From the NCBI GenBank assembly GCA_965222615.1, contig CBDCUI010000009.1, positions 800,001 to 864,000 on the forward strand: DNA of 64,000 nt, given 5' to 3'. The position numbers were made by a program, and so were the translations under genes. The notes below the pieces were generated by a model. That model worked only from the letters and a program-made list of their open reading frames with translations, was not told where the DNA came from and did no database searches. Shown here piece after piece: positions 40,106-52,445 of this stretch. The stretch comes from Gammaproteobacteria bacterium. Its GTDB lineage: Bacteria; Pseudomonadota; Gammaproteobacteria; UBA4575. The number at the start of each line of letters is the position of its first letter. Position 1 is the stretch's first letter.

Positions 40106-40975
40106 TTATTCTTCATCAGCAATTTCTAGATTTAATAATAAACATAGTATTTGATAAATCTGATCTCTAATATTTTGGCGATCTACGATCATATCTAAGG
40201 CTCCATGTTCAAGCAAAAATTCACTACGTTGAAATCCTTCAGGCAAGGTTTCCCTGACCGTTTGCTGAATCACCCTAGGTCCAGCAAACCCTATTAGAGC
40301 CTCAGGTTCTGCTATATGAATATCTCCGAGCATAGCCAAACTTGCCGACACACCACCCATGGTAGGATCGGTTAATACGGAAATAAATGGAATTCCTGTT
40401 TCGCGCATACGTGCTAGCACCGCACTTGTCTTTGCCATCTGGAATAAAGACATCAGTGCCTCTTGCATTCTAGCGCCTCCACTGGTTGAGAAACATACTA
40501 GTGGTATTTGATCTCTTAAAGCATATTCTGCACCCTGTAAAAACCGCTCTCCTACTACAGATCCCATGGACCCACCAATAAAGTTAAAATCAAACGCAGC
40601 AGCAATAATTGGTAGTTTTTTTAGTTCACCCTTAATTACAATTAAAGCTTCTTTTTCGCCCGTAGTTTTTTGTGCGGTTGTCAGTCGGTCCTTATATTTC
40701 TTGCTGTCTTTAAATTTGAGAAAATCCCTTGGCTCTATATCACTTCCGATTTCTTCTTGCTGACCTTCATCTAGAAAAGCTTGTAGTCTTTCCCGTGCAT
40801 TAATTCGCATATGATGATTACATTTGGGGCACACTTGAAGATTACGCTCTAGATCAGAACGATATAGTACCGCACCGCAGCTTTCACATTTATCCCAAAG
40901 CCCTTCGGGGACTTTGCGCTTACTCGTACCTTCCGTACGAATACGTGAAGGCATTAACTTTTCTAGCCAACTCAT
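40106..40975 (-). CDS. accD: Acetyl-CoA carboxylase carboxyltransferase beta subunit
   Basis: PEGLWDKC..C Zn finger, [26 protein letters not shown]. Confidence 0.97.
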   Translation of the reverse strand: MSWLEKLMPSRIRTEGTSKRKVPEGLWDKCESCGAVLYRSDLERNLQVCPKCNHHMRINARERLQAFLDEGQQEEIGSDIEPRDFLKFKDSKKYKDRLTTAQKTTGEKEALIVIKGELKKLPIIAAAFDFNFIGGSMGSVVGERFLQGAEYALRDQIPLVCFSTSGGARMQEALMSLFQMAKTSAVLARMRETGIPFISVLTDPTMGGVSASLAMLGDIHIAEPEALIGFAGPRVIQQTVRETLPEGFQRSEFLLEHGALDMIVDRQNIRDQIYQILCLLLNLEIADEE

Positions 40976-41015
40976 ACTTATTAGTACACCAGTAACACTG
41001 AATAATTATTCATCG

Positions 41016-41843
41016 TTAAGCCACTTCTTGTTTTATTGAATCGCTATCAATCGCTTCTCGTATACTCATCAACAAGATTTTAATATCTTGATGCATTTTT
41101 TCGTAATCTGATAAGTTTTTTTCTATTTTTCGAATTACAGCACTTCCTACAACAATTGCATCAGCAGTTGATGCTAGTAATTTAGCACTTTCAGCATCTT
41201 TAATTCCAAATCCTACACCAACCGGTAATGAAGATACTTTTTTTATCTGCCTAACTTTATCTTTCACTTCTGTAATATCTAAATGGCCTGCACCGGTTAC
41301 ACCTTTTAATGAAACGTAATAGACAAAACCAGAAGATTTCTCACAGATCTTTTCAATTCTAGTAACATTAGTCGTTGGGGCAATTAAAAAAATCGAATCA
41401 ATACCATGTTGTTGATATATGCTTAATTCAGATTCTGCTTGTTCAATAGGCAAATCCACTGTTAATACCCCATCGATTTGACTATCTTTGGCTGCTTGCG
41501 CAAATTTTAAAGCTCCCATCACTTCAATTGGATTTTGATAGCCCATCAATATCACGGGTGTATGGTCATTGTGCTTGCGAAAGTTTGCTACCATGCCTAG
41601 CACTTGGTGCAAGTTAGTATGGTGCTCAAGTGCACGTTCACAAGCCGCTTGTATCACTGGACCATCTGCCATGGGATCAGAAAATGGCACCCCCAACTCG
41701 ATAATATCTGCACCCGATTCTACCAAAGTATTCATCAGCTTAACCGTTTCGTCAGGATGAGGATCTCCTGCGGTAACATAAGGAATGAGTGCTTTACGGT
41801 TCGACTGTTGCAAGGCATTGAAACAGGATTGGATGCGACTCAT
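41016..41843 (-). CDS. trpA: Tryptophan synthase alpha chain
   Basis: [32 protein letters not shown]. Confidence 0.97.
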   Translation of the reverse strand: MSRIQSCFNALQQSNRKALIPYVTAGDPHPDETVKLMNTLVESGADIIELGVPFSDPMADGPVIQAACERALEHHTNLHQVLGMVANFRKHNDHTPVILMGYQNPIEVMGALKFAQAAKDSQIDGVLTVDLPIEQAESELSIYQQHGIDSIFLIAPTTNVTRIEKICEKSSGFVYYVSLKGVTGAGHLDITEVKDKVRQIKKVSSLPVGVGFGIKDAESAKLLASTADAIVVGSAVIRKIEKNLSDYEKMHQDIKILLMSIREAIDSDSIKQEVA

Positions 41844-43072
41844 AGTTTAATGCCTTCTAACTTTGCTACGGTATTAATATCTTTATCGCCACGACCAGAC
41901 AAATTAACAATAATTTTTTGCTCATGTGTCATCGTTGTCGCTAATTTACATGCATAAGCCAAAGCATGACTACTCTCTAACGCCGGAATAATGCCTTCTA
42001 CTTGAGTCAATTCGTGAAATGCCGTCAAGGCCTCGTCATCGGTAACCGAATCGTATTGCACCCTGCCGATATCTTTGAGCCAGGCGTGCTCAGGACCTAC
42101 TCCTGGATAATCTAAACCCGCAGAGACCGAATGGGTTTCAAGAATTTGCCCATCATCATCTTCCATTAAATAGGTACGATTCCCGTGTAGCACACCCGGA
42201 CGACCTGCATTAAGCGGGGCAGAATGTTGTTTCGTATTAACCCCCAAACCAGCTGCTTCCACCCCATACATGTTTACGGAGTCATCATCTAAAAAAGGAT
42301 AAAACAACCCGATGGCATTGGAACCACCCCCTACACAGGCAACTAATGCATCTGGCAAACAATTTGCTAGTTCACTCAGTTGTCGTTTAGCCTCACGCCC
42401 GATAATCGCTTGAAAGTCACGCACCAATACGGGATAAGGGTGTGGCCCGGCTACCGTGCCAATAATGTAAAACGTGTTATCTACATTCGTAACCCAATCT
42501 CGTAAGGCCTCGTTCAAGGCATCCTTTAATGTTTTTGAACCCGAAGTCACTGGTATAACTTCTGCGCCTAAAAGTCGCATGCGATAAACATTGGGAGCTT
42601 GGCGATGTATATCGTGTTCTCCCATATAGACCACACATTCCAAACCTAACCTTGCTGCAACCGTGGCGCTGGCGACACCATGCTGACCTGCACCAGTTTC
42701 GGCAATAATGCGAGTTTTCCCCATACGTTTGGCAAGTAGCGCTTGACCAATGGTGTTATTTATTTTGTGCGCGCCAGTGTGATTTAAGTCTTCTCTCTTT
42801 AAAAATATCTGTGCACCCGAATACTTTTGACTTAAATGCTGAGCATGATAAAGCGGGCTTGGTCTACCCACATAATGCTCAAAATCGGCATTCAACTCAG
42901 CCATAAACTCCGGGTCGTCTTTATAGGTTTGATAGGCTTGTTCTAGTTGTACAAGTGGTTCAATGAGTGTTTCCGCCACATAACGACCACCATACTCGCC
43001 AAACATCCCCAGATCGTCTGGAAACTGATCTAACAAAGTCTGAGATGAATGTGGTGTTACAACACTAGACAT
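41840..43072 (-). CDS. trpB: Tryptophan synthase beta chain
   Basis: [38 protein letters not shown]. Confidence 0.98.
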   Translation of the reverse strand: MSSVVTPHSSQTLLDQFPDDLGMFGEYGGRYVAETLIEPLVQLEQAYQTYKDDPEFMAELNADFEHYVGRPSPLYHAQHLSQKYSGAQIFLKREDLNHTGAHKINNTIGQALLAKRMGKTRIIAETGAGQHGVASATVAARLGLECVVYMGEHDIHRQAPNVYRMRLLGAEVIPVTSGSKTLKDALNEALRDWVTNVDNTFYIIGTVAGPHPYPVLVRDFQAIIGREAKRQLSELANCLPDALVACVGGGSNAIGLFYPFLDDDSVNMYGVEAAGLGVNTKQHSAPLNAGRPGVLHGNRTYLMEDDDGQILETHSVSAGLDYPGVGPEHAWLKDIGRVQYDSVTDDEALTAFHELTQVEGIIPALESSHALAYACKLATTMTHEQKIIVNLSGRGDKDINTVAKLEGIKL

Positions 43073-43682
43073 TTTTTACTTCCCTAATAAAGTGCTCCAT
43101 TTTAGCCAGGTCTTTTATCCCTTTGCTAGCCTCAATTCCACTACTGACATCCACCGCATAAGGCCGTACTACACGAATTGCCTCTGCCACATTCTCTGCG
43201 GTCAAACCTCCAGCAAGAATAATCGGCTTATTTTGGTTTTTTGGTACTTTAGACCATGCAAATGTCTCACCACTACCCCCCATTTGACCTGCAGCATGAC
43301 TATCTAAAACAAAACCTGTAGCAGATGAAAAATTTTCAAAATGATCGGCAACCCGAGAAACACTCTGCATAGGAATTGCCTTTAGATAGGGAATTTGAAA
43401 TTGCCTGCAAAATTTTTCATCTTCATCACCATGAAACTGTAAAAGATCTAGCCTTGCTTCCTTAAGTATGCTTTTGATCATTGCAGTTTCAGAATTCATA
43501 AATAACCCTACTTTAACTACAAAAGGTGGGATTTGTTCAATAATTTCACGTGCGTGTTCAAGTTCTAAATAGCGAGAACTTTCATTAACAAATACAAACC
43601 CCAGCGCATCTACTCCTAAACGAACGGCATTCTCTACGTCCTGCGTGTTAGTCATACCACAAAATTTAATACGTGTTTGCAT
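43065..43682 (-). CDS. trpF: Phosphoribosylanthranilate isomerase
   Basis: RIKFCGM, LQFHGDE, ILAGGL, DVSSGIE; ATG 43682. Confidence 0.95.
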   Translation of the reverse strand: MQTRIKFCGMTNTQDVENAVRLGVDALGFVFVNESSRYLELEHAREIIEQIPPFVVKVGLFMNSETAMIKSILKEARLDLLQFHGDEDEKFCRQFQIPYLKAIPMQSVSRVADHFENFSSATGFVLDSHAAGQMGGSGETFAWSKVPKNQNKPIILAGGLTAENVAEAIRVVRPYAVDVSSGIEASKGIKDLAKMEHFIREVKNV

Positions 43683-43717
43683 GGTTACTTTATATATGTT
43701 TCCAACAACCTCGTTAA

Positions 43718-44500
43718 TCAAATTGCAAAAACTGGCCACCTGATTCTATTATTCAGCCCATATGTATCATCATACTGTACTTTAACCAGATATAAGCCTG
43801 ATGCTTGTGCAGTCACTCCACCCTGTGTACGGTCGCGATGCTCCAATATAGTGTTTGCCCAATCAATCGTTTGTTCCCCAGCACCAATCTCGATCAGCAC
43901 TCCGGCAATATTTCTAACCATGTGATGTAAAAAACCATCGGCATGTACATCTACAAAGATGAATTCACCTTGGCGTGTAACGGAAAGATCATGCACGGTT
44001 CGTATAGGACTTTTAGCTTGACAAGTTAACGCTCGGTAAGATGAAAAATCTTGTTCACCAATCAAGCACTGTGCAGCTTGTGACATATGTTCATGATTAA
44101 GTAGCTTATACACCCAGGTAACTTTTCCATAAAGTATGGCCGGACGTGTAGCTCGATTCAAAATTACATAGCGGTATCTTCTTGACGTTGCAGAAAACCT
44201 CGCGTGAAATTTTTCATCAACTTGTTTCGCCCAAAGAATAGAAATTGAGTCTGGCAAATACGTATTCGTCCCCATCACCCATGCTTTGTTATCTCGCATG
44301 ACCGAACAGTCAAAATGAACAATTTGCTCAGTTGCATGCACTGCGGTGTCGGTACGCCCCGCTGCATGAATTTGAATGGGCGTATTTGCAACTTTTGAAA
44401 CTGCTTCTTCTACCTTCTGTTGCACAGATAAGGCATGCGGTTGCCGTTGCCAACCATAGTAACGACTTCCGTCATATTCAATTCCAAGTGCAATACGCAT
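43718..44500 (-). CDS. truA: tRNA pseudouridine(38-40) synthase
   Basis: EYDGS.YYGWQRQ, AGRTDTAVHA, FLHHMVRNI. Confidence 0.97.
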   Translation of the reverse strand: MRIALGIEYDGSRYYGWQRQPHALSVQQKVEEAVSKVANTPIQIHAAGRTDTAVHATEQIVHFDCSVMRDNKAWVMGTNTYLPDSISILWAKQVDEKFHARFSATSRRYRYVILNRATRPAILYGKVTWVYKLLNHEHMSQAAQCLIGEQDFSSYRALTCQAKSPIRTVHDLSVTRQGEFIFVDVHADGFLHHMVRNIAGVLIEIGAGEQTIDWANTILEHRDRTQGGVTAQASGLYLVKVQYDDTYGLNNRIRWPVFAI

Positions 44501-44615
44501 CGTTAATTAAAGACAGGGGATAGATGAAGTTTTATGCAAAAAGCATAAAACACAGGACATATATGTTTGGAGTGATCGCAGCGACTAGTTTGTTGTACTA
44601 CTGAATAACCAGAAT

Positions 44616-47600
44616 TTAAGCACCAAGTTTTTCCATCAGTTCTCTTGCTTCTTCAATCTGTGACTCATCGCCTTCGTTAATTACTTCCAACAGAGTTTCC
44701 TTCGCCGCATCTGCGTCACCCATATCGACAAATGCTTTAGCCAGATCTAATTTTGTACTAACTTCTTCGATTAATGAGGGTGGACCCAGCTCTTTTAGAT
44801 CTGTAGCAGTTTGCGCAACTGTAGCTTCAGCTGGATCTAAAAATTCTGTATCCAAATTACTTGAATCAAATTGTTCAGTTTCTTGTTGGTCCTGCATATA
44901 GGCAGCTGTAGCATCTGGGTCATCAAGGTTAGCCGCAGTATCTAGACCCACATCAAAGTCTTCATCAGTTTGTAATGCCACTGTGGTATCCAAACTTTCT
45001 TCATCCATTTCTAGTGGTTGAAGATCATCTACGGTTGTTTGCATGCTAACTTCTTCAAGCTCTTCCGTCATTTCTTCATCTAAGTTAAGTGAGTCATGAA
45101 TACCCGTTGCCTCATGTATACCCGTTGCGATCGATTCCAAATCGCTTTCGGTGTCTTTTAAATCTTCAATATTTTCAGCATCTGCTAAATCATCAACTTC
45201 AAAATTCAAAATGTCTGATGTTTCATTTGCCTCCATAATTTTACTGGCAACCGGGTCATCATCAAACGACTCCGTTACTTGCTCATCTATATTGAAGTCC
45301 AGGCCTTCATCATCATTACTAGTACTCGCATCTATGACGGTGTCTTCAAGATCATCATCTGATAATGTTTCATTAATTGCAGTTTGCAATCCAATGTCTA
45401 CATCTTCAGCATCTGATTTTTCGGCCAATGCATTTGCTGCAACTCCAATTGCTGCTGCTCCTGCAAATAATGCACTCGATGGAGCAAGTTCTTTACCCAT
45501 AGAAATTATGTTTTGCCAGTCACTACTGGACTCACCCAGTTGATCTTTTATCGACTCAGCATGTTTCTCAAAGGCTTCTTTGTCTTTAGCACTATAAAAG
45601 ACTTCAGCTAACTTAACTTTATAATCGTTACGATTTGGTTCCGCAGCGATTGCATCATTTAACAAATCTTGTGCTTGTTGATGCAAACCATAAGAAATGT
45701 ATACATCAGCCTCTTCCAAAACATCATCTGGAGTGCCTCCTTCCGCGGACATGGGTTCTGCTAATTCATCATCGCTACCTACTACATCAGCAGTTGATTC
45801 AAATGCTACCTCTTCAATCGACTCAGCAGCCTCTACTGGAGCATCAGTTGGTGTGATAATGGTTTCATCTAATATGTCATCATACTGATCATCCTCTAAG
45901 GGCTCTGGCATACCCATCGTCATGGTTTCAACTCGCTTAGCCGAACGCTTTTGTTTCCAAGCAAACATACCCAACAACACTGCAATAACAGCAAGTGCCG
46001 CAGCCCCGATACCGGAGTTCTCTCGAATCATAGACTTTATGGGGTCGAGAAAACCCATTAATTTAGCAACTAAGCCTTTTTCTTCTGTAACCGGCTCAGC
46101 TACTTCTACAGGTTGTTCTTTTGGTTGCGTGACTGTTTCAGTGGGCTTGACTTCTTCCGTAGGTGTTTCAGCTACTTGCGTCTCTTCACTTGGGGTTACT
46201 TCTCCAGGTAGTTCAATTTCAGGTAACGACTCCCAATCGGGCAAGGGTTCAAGTTTTGGCTTGGCAACAAGCGTCTCTTGGACCGTAGTTTCTTGTTCAG
46301 GTGATTCAATTTCTGGTAATGTTTCCCAATCAGGCAATGACTCTACTTCAGGTGGCTTAATCTCTTTAGGCTTAGGCTGCGTCACGGCTTGTTGTTCAGA
46401 TTTTGGTTTGGGTGCTTGACTTGAAGTTTTTTCTTGCAACTGCTTTTCGGCTTCAATGGCTTTGCTAGTCTCAGTGTCAAGCTGCTGTTTTAAATTATTG
46501 AGCTGATCGTTTTGAATATTGATGATTTTGTCTTTCTTTTCCAGCATTGATTCCAATGCTTCAACACGACTTTTTAGATCTTCATTTTCTTTTTCACGTG
46601 ATTGCACTAGTTCTTTTAAAGCTGCTTGATCTTTTTGAAGTTTTTCTAGTTCTTCACCACCTGCAACTTGCGTAGCCCCGGTATTAGTTGATTCACCGTC
46701 AGCGCCCGCCAGGATGTTTAACTCTTGTTTTGGCTGTGTAGACTCTTTTTCTTTTAAAACTTGTTTTGCTTCAGTTGCTGACTCCTTAGCTGAGTCCGCA
46801 GCTTCCTCTACTAAATCAGGTGCATCTACATTTACCGCACTCATCTTTTCTGTGACTTGACCACGATATTCACGCCACAAGCCATTTTGACGTGCTACCT
46901 CAGCCACAGCTTGACCACTTGATGTAGCTTCTGCATCTACTTCCTCGGGAATACGTAACACAACTCCTGACTTGAGGAGATTGATGTTGTTCTTGATAAA
47001 TGCATCCGGATTCGCTTGTTGAATCGCAAGCATCATTTGGTTTACGGTGACATCACGCGCCCCACGTGTAGCTTTGGCAATCGCAAATAAGGTATCCCCT
47101 TTAACCGTTGTATAACCACCCGCAGGAATACTACTTGCTCCCTCATCTTCTACAAAAGGTTCCATCGTTGGGATTTCTGTAGTAGTGCCTGTATCTTCTT
47201 CAATATCTTCAGCAATAATCACATCTTCTTCGACCGGCTCGGCTGCGACTTCCTGAGTTTCTACATCCACGGCTTCTTCGATCTCTTCAACCGTTGGTTC
47301 AGCTTCAACAATTTCTTCTACCTCAGTCTCTTCAGCGGTGACAACGGGTTCAGAATGATCAATACCAAGCTTTCGATCTATTTCAGCACGAATCGCTTCA
47401 AGATCTACTTCTTCTTGGGCTGGTGGTGCAACTTCTGGTTCAGCTGCAACAATTTCTTCTGCAGGAGGTTGTGAAATTGGTACTTCTGCAGCTACCGGTG
47501 TTGAAACCTGTGGAGCTTGCTGCTGTGCAAATTCAGGCGGGTCTAATAAAACCGTGTACTCGCGTAACAAACGACCTTTCGGCCAAGTAACCTCAACTAA

Positions 47601-47960
47601 AAACGTTAAGAATGGTTCACGAACTGGGTCTTTAGAAGTAACACGAATTGCGAGAGAGCCATTTGGTAGTGTTACCGGTACAAATTTAAGTTGTGTTAAA
47701 AAATATGGACGCGGTACACCGACGCGATCGAATACATCTGCAGGAGCTAATTCCACACGTAGCTCTTCTAATTCATCTGCACGTGCAGATATTAGATTAA
47801 TTCGGGCATCTAATGGTTGGTTCAATGCTGAATCCACATCGATCTCACCCAAACCCAAAGCAAACAAGTGCCCCGGAATTAGAAACAACAAACTGATAAA
47901 TAAAATATAAGAAGATCTACGCACCATTGTTGTGCTCCACCTTGTTTGCATTATTCGCAT
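44616..47960 (-). CDS. fimV: FimV/HubP polar landmark protein
   Basis: LGLGEI...SALNQPL, LLREYTVLLDPP, LysM-like GDTLFAIA..NPDAF..NNINLL, coiled coil, TM, acidic tail, TKLDLAKAFVDMGD; start may be ATG 47927. Confidence 0.92.
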   Translation of the reverse strand: MRIMQTRWSTTMVRRSSYILFISLLFLIPGHLFALGLGEIDVDSALNQPLDARINLISARADELEELRVELAPADVFDRVGVPRPYFLTQLKFVPVTLPNGSLAIRVTSKDPVREPFLTFLVEVTWPKGRLLREYTVLLDPPEFAQQQAPQVSTPVAAEVPISQPPAEEIVAAEPEVAPPAQEEVDLEAIRAEIDRKLGIDHSEPVVTAEETEVEEIVEAEPTVEEIEEAVDVETQEVAAEPVEEDVIIAEDIEEDTGTTTEIPTMEPFVEDEGASSIPAGGYTTVKGDTLFAIAKATRGARDVTVNQMMLAIQQANPDAFIKNNINLLKSGVVLRIPEEVDAEATSSGQAVAEVARQNGLWREYRGQVTEKMSAVNVDAPDLVEEAADSAKESATEAKQVLKEKESTQPKQELNILAGADGESTNTGATQVAGGEELEKLQKDQAALKELVQSREKENEDLKSRVEALESMLEKKDKIINIQNDQLNNLKQQLDTETSKAIEAEKQLQEKTSSQAPKPKSEQQAVTQPKPKEIKPPEVESLPDWETLPEIESPEQETTVQETLVAKPKLEPLPDWESLPEIELPGEVTPSEETQVAETPTEEVKPTETVTQPKEQPVEVAEPVTEEKGLVAKLMGFLDPIKSMIRENSGIGAAALAVIAVLLGMFAWKQKRSAKRVETMTMGMPEPLEDDQYDDILDETIITPTDAPVEAAESIEEVAFESTADVVGSDDELAEPMSAEGGTPDDVLEEADVYISYGLHQQAQDLLNDAIAAEPNRNDYKVKLAEVFYSAKDKEAFEKHAESIKDQLGESSSDWQNIISMGKELAPSSALFAGAAAIGVAANALAEKSDAEDVDIGLQTAINETLSDDDLEDTVIDASTSNDDEGLDFNIDEQVTESFDDDPVASKIMEANETSDILNFEVDDLADAENIEDLKDTESDLESIATGIHEATGIHDSLNLDEEMTEELEEVSMQTTVDDLQPLEMDEESLDTTVALQTDEDFDVGLDTAANLDDPDATAAYMQDQQETEQFDSSNLDTEFLDPAEATVAQTATDLKELGPPSLIEEVSTKLDLAKAFVDMGDADAAKETLLEVINEGDESQIEEARELMEKLGA

Positions 47961-48050
47961 TGGAAGTGTATGTGCCTATGTAATAGATGAGAATGAAAAT
48001 ACTTAGAAAATACCTTAGGTTACATAAGTAATTCACTAGCGAACTATAAA

Positions 48051-49070
48051 TTAAATATGGTTTTTTATCAAAATCTCAGCGATTTGGATGCTGTTTAAAG
48101 CCGCCCCTTTCCTTAAATTATCACTCACCACCCACATATTGAGTCCATTCGAGTGTGAGATGTCTTCACGAATTCGGCCTACATACACCGCATCTGTGCC
48201 TTCACCTTCTGTCACCGCAGTTGGGTATCCGCCATCTTTCTGTTCATCTATTACTTTAACTCCTGGTGCTACCTGTAAGATTTCTCTCGCTTGTTGCGCA
48301 GATAAACGTTCTTTTAGCTCAAGATGAACAGCTTCTGAGTGCCCGTATTTGACTGGTATTCGCACTGTGGTTGGATTAACCAAGATGGAACCATCCTCCA
48401 TAATTTTTTGGGTCTCCCACACCATTTTCATTTCTTCTTTGGTGTAGCCATTGTCCAAAAATACATCTATATGAGGCAGTGCATTAAACGCAATCTGTTT
48501 CGGATAAACGTCACATTTAAACGGTTTATTATTGATAATACTCTTGGTTTGCTGGTCCAGCTCTTCAATCGCTTCTTTACCTGTGCCGGATACCGCTTGA
48601 TAAGTTGCGACATTGACGCGGGTAATCCCCACCGCATCATGCAGTGGCTTTAGGGCGACTACCATTTGTATGGTGGAACAATTCGGATTGGCGATAATAC
48701 CGCGCGAGGTATAGTTAGCGACTTGATGGGGATTCACTTCAGGCACTACAAGCGGAATATCATCGTCGTAACGAAATTGCGAGGTGTTATCGACTACTAC
48801 GCAACCTTTCTCTGCTGCGATGGGAGCAAATTGCTTTGAAATACTTGCCCCGGGAGAAAACAAACCTATTTGTACTTTTGAGAAATCAAAACTAGCTAAG
48901 TCCTCAACCAAGAGCTCTTGTTCACCGTATGCGATTTTTTTGCCGACTGAACGCGAACTTGCTAAGGCATAGACATGGTCAACCGGAAATTTTCTTTGTG
49001 CGAGAATAGCAAGCATTTGCTCACCCACAGCACCGGTAGCACCTACTACTGCAACGTCATATTTTTTCAT
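48051..49070 (-). CDS. asd: Aspartate-semialdehyde dehydrogenase
   Basis: GATGAVG, ANPNCSTIQ, TYQAVSGTG, DNLRKGAALN. Confidence 0.97.
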   Translation of the reverse strand: MKKYDVAVVGATGAVGEQMLAILAQRKFPVDHVYALASSRSVGKKIAYGEQELLVEDLASFDFSKVQIGLFSPGASISKQFAPIAAEKGCVVVDNTSQFRYDDDIPLVVPEVNPHQVANYTSRGIIANPNCSTIQMVVALKPLHDAVGITRVNVATYQAVSGTGKEAIEELDQQTKSIINNKPFKCDVYPKQIAFNALPHIDVFLDNGYTKEEMKMVWETQKIMEDGSILVNPTTVRIPVKYGHSEAVHLELKERLSAQQAREILQVAPGVKVIDEQKDGGYPTAVTEGEGTDAVYVGRIREDISHSNGLNMWVVSDNLRKGAALNSIQIAEILIKNHI

Positions 49071-49130
49071 GTATCAGTTATTAATATTAATTTTAATGTT
49101 AATTTAATTCGATCTATTTACTAACGAGGC

Positions 49131-50216
49131 TTAACTTGTAATTTGGCGCAATGCTGCAATAACCGCATCGCCCATCTCCTCAGTGCCTAATGATTTTTGT
49201 GTAGTGTCCGCTATATCTGCAGTACGTAGACCATCATCGATAACCTCTTCTACAGCTTGCTCTACTATAGAGGCGAGTTTAGCTTCATTTAAGCTGTAAC
49301 GAAGCATCATTGCGACCGACAAGATCGTTGCTAATGGATTGGCAAGATTCTTACCTGCAATATCTGGTGCGGACCCATGAATGGGTTCATACATGCCATT
49401 ATCTTCACTATTTAATGATGCCGAAGGCAACATGCCTATGGAGCCGGTTAGCATTGCAGCCGCATCGGAAAGGATATCGCCAAACATATTCCCGGTTAAT
49501 ATTACGTCAAACTGATTTGGGTCTTTTATTAATTGCATCGCTGCATTATCGACATACATATGACTTAATGTCACATTCGAATACTCTTGATGGATATCAT
49601 CTACTACCCTTCGCCATAGCTCAGATACCTCAAGCACATTGGCCTTATCAACTGAGCATAACTTTTTGCTACGTTTTTGTGCAATGCGAAACGCGACGCG
49701 GGCAATACGTGCAATCTCGTTTTCATCATAAACCAAGGTATTAAAACCTTGTTGAATTCCTGCTTGTAAAGTACGAATACCGCGTGGTTCACCAAAGTAA
49801 ATACCTCCTGTCAACTCCCGCACGATCATGATATTTAGGCCAGCCACTATTTCTGCTTTTAATGATGAAGCTTGGGCAAGTGATTTATACAAAATTGCTG
49901 GTCGCAAGTTAGCAAACAAATCAAGTTCTGCACGCAATTGCAGCAAACCTTTTTCTGGACGAAGCTCGCGATCTATCTTGTCGTATTTAGGCCCACCCAC
50001 CGCACCTAACAAAACTGCGTTCGAAGATTTAGCCAAATGCAAAGTTTCTTCAGGTAGCGGAGTCTTATTTTGGTCATAAGCAGCCCCGCCTACCAAGGCC
50101 TTTTCCATTTCCAGATTTAAACCACAATTTTGAACTAAAAAAGTAAGTACTTTGCTCGCTTGCGCAACGACTTCTGGCCCAATGCCATCACCAGGTAGTA
50201 ACAGAACCTTATTCAT
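49131..50216 (-). CDS. leuB: 3-isopropylmalate dehydrogenase
   Basis: [41 protein letters not shown]. Confidence 0.97.
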   Translation of the reverse strand: MNKVLLLPGDGIGPEVVAQASKVLTFLVQNCGLNLEMEKALVGGAAYDQNKTPLPEETLHLAKSSNAVLLGAVGGPKYDKIDRELRPEKGLLQLRAELDLFANLRPAILYKSLAQASSLKAEIVAGLNIMIVRELTGGIYFGEPRGIRTLQAGIQQGFNTLVYDENEIARIARVAFRIAQKRSKKLCSVDKANVLEVSELWRRVVDDIHQEYSNVTLSHMYVDNAAMQLIKDPNQFDVILTGNMFGDILSDAAAMLTGSIGMLPSASLNSEDNGMYEPIHGSAPDIAGKNLANPLATILSVAMMLRYSLNEAKLASIVEQAVEEVIDDGLRTADIADTTQKSLGTEEMGDAVIAALRQITS

Positions 50217-50249
50217 AATTATGCTTTTAGTTATTTTTTAGTTATGGGA

Positions 50250-50891
50250 TCAGTCAACCAATAACCAAGGACTGATATCTCTTAATCGCGACTCATAGTT
50301 TTTAATCTTGTCTGCATGTTGCAAAGTTAAATCAATTTCATCATAACCATTTAATATGCAATATTTACGAAATTCGTCAATTTCAAATACAAATGTGTTT
50401 TGATTTTCATCTTTAATCGTTTGTGATGCTAAATCTACCTCACATTGAAATGCGGGATTATCCTCCACTTGCGTAAACAAGTAATCCACTTCCTTTTTAC
50501 TTAATGTAATTGGTAACAAGCCATTTTTATAACTATTGCTGCAAAATATATCAGCGAAACTCGAAGCAATCACGACTTCAAATCCATAATCTAGAATAGA
50601 CCATACCGCGTGTTCGCGTGATGACCCACAACCAAAATTATCTCTGGCCAGCAATATCTTGGCATTTTTGTATTGATCTTGATTTAAAACAAACTCGGCA
50701 TTTAGTCCTCGTTGACTATGATCTTGCCCTAATATCCCTGGATCAAGATAACGCCAGTTATCAAATAAATTTACTCCAAAACCGGTGCGTTTGACTGACT
50801 TTAAATACTGCTGCGGAATTATTGCATCCGTGTCTACATTACTGCGATCCAACGGTAATAAACTAGAATTAAGTTTGGTAAACGACTTCAT
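50250..50891 (-). CDS. leuD: 3-isopropylmalate dehydratase small subunit
   Basis: NVDTDAIIP, NFGCGSSREHA, SFADIF. Confidence 0.97.
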   Translation of the reverse strand: MKSFTKLNSSLLPLDRSNVDTDAIIPQQYLKSVKRTGFGVNLFDNWRYLDPGILGQDHSQRGLNAEFVLNQDQYKNAKILLARDNFGCGSSREHAVWSILDYGFEVVIASSFADIFCSNSYKNGLLPITLSKKEVDYLFTQVEDNPAFQCEVDLASQTIKDENQNTFVFEIDEFRKYCILNGYDEIDLTLQHADKIKNYESRLRDISPWLLVD

Positions 50892-52282
50892 TATAAATAC
50901 TTCCTGACATCCACAAAATGGCCATGCACGGCTGCCGCAGCGGCCATGACCGGGCTAACTAAATGTGTTCTTCCGCCTTTGCCCTGACGACCTTCAAAAT
51001 TGCGGTTTGAAGTTGAAGCACAGCGTTCAGCAGGGGCTAATTGGTCCGCATTCATGCCTAGGCACATGGAACAGCCGGGTTCACGCCATTCAAAGCCTGC
51101 CGATTTAAATACTTGGTCTAAACCTTCTTGTTCTGCTTGTTGCTTAACCAAGCCAGAACCTGGAACCACCATAGCCAATTTTATATTGGATGCAATTTTC
51201 TGATCTTGAATAATATTTGCTGCTTCTCGTAAATCTTCAATACGCGAATTAGTGCACGAGCCAATAAATACCTTATCTATCTGAATCTCTTCGATGCTTT
51301 GTCCAGGCTGCAAACCCATGTATTCAAGTGCAAGCTGTTGGTCCTGGTTGACAGTTGCAGGCACCCTGCCATCGGCATCGACTACCATCTCAGGCGAAGT
51401 GCCCCAGGTCACTTGTGGTTTTAAACTACTGGCATCCAATTGCACTACGGCATCAAATTTAACATTTTCATCTGAATGCAAGTCGCGCCATTGCGCAACT
51501 GCCTGTTCCCAAAGTTTTCCATTTGGAGCAAAGGGTCGATTGGCAACGTATTCAATCGTCGCGTCATCGACTGCGATCATGCCCGCCCGACCTCCGGCTT
51601 CAATCGACATATTGCACATCGTCATACGCCCTTCAATAGAAAGTGAACCAATGGCACTACCGGCATACTCCATGGTGTGGCCCGTTGCACCTGCCGTACC
51701 TAATTTACCGATAATGGCGAGGATAATGTCTTTAGAAGTAACACCAGGGGATAGATTTCCATCCACTTGCACCAGCATGTTTTTAGACTTCTGCATCAAT
51801 AAGCATTGTGTTGCAAGCACATGTTCTACTTCAGAAGTGCCAATACCAAATGCCAATGCCCCCAATGCACCATGGGTAGAGGTGTGCGAGTCTCCACAAA
51901 CGATCGTCATACCTGGTAAGGAGGCACCTTGCTCAGGACCGATTACATGCACAATCCCCTGACGCACATCCAACATAGGAAACTGCGTAATGGAAAAGTC
52001 TTTACAGTTTTGATCTAAAGTATCAACTTGCGTTTTAGATATCGGATCATCAATACCTAAACTTCGATCGGTTGTGGGAACATTATGATCAGCAGTTGCC
52101 AAAATAGAATTGATTCGCCAAGGCTGTCGATTAGCCAAACGCAGCCCTTCAAAAGCTTGCGGCGAAGTAACTTCATGTACTAAATGACGATCGATGTATA
52201 ATAACGTCATACCATCATCGCGCTCATGCACGACATGGCTTTGCCATACTTTGTCATATAAAGTTTTAGCTTCCATCATCAC
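50891..52282 (-). CDS. leuC: 3-isopropylmalate dehydratase large subunit
   Basis: [45 protein letters not shown]. Confidence 0.98.
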   Translation of the reverse strand: MMMEAKTLYDKVWQSHVVHERDDGMTLLYIDRHLVHEVTSPQAFEGLRLANRQPWRINSILATADHNVPTTDRSLGIDDPISKTQVDTLDQNCKDFSITQFPMLDVRQGIVHVIGPEQGASLPGMTIVCGDSHTSTHGALGALAFGIGTSEVEHVLATQCLLMQKSKNMLVQVDGNLSPGVTSKDIILAIIGKLGTAGATGHTMEYAGSAIGSLSIEGRMTMCNMSIEAGGRAGMIAVDDATIEYVANRPFAPNGKLWEQAVAQWRDLHSDENVKFDAVVQLDASSLKPQVTWGTSPEMVVDADGRVPATVNQDQQLALEYMGLQPGQSIEEIQIDKVFIGSCTNSRIEDLREAANIIQDQKIASNIKLAMVVPGSGLVKQQAEQEGLDQVFKSAGFEWREPGCSMCLGMNADQLAPAERCASTSNRNFEGRQGKGGRTHLVSPVMAAAAAVHGHFVDVRKYL

Positions 52283-52445
52283 TAAGAGTTAGGGCAATAG
52301 TTATTCGTTCACGCTTTATCTAAACGTGGTTCTGCAATCCAAAATGAATTGAATCAAGGCGATGGTGGCCACACACATTGTTAAATGCGAGATGGCCCTA
52401 TCGAACTCCTAAGTATACCCGCTTAACAAGCCCCTAGGCCAAAAC

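Noticed and set aside
52300-52400. Leucine attenuator leader peptide
   Set aside because: The short ORF found (MCGHHRLDSIHFGLQNHV) is not Leu-rich, and no terminator with a U-tract precedes leuC.
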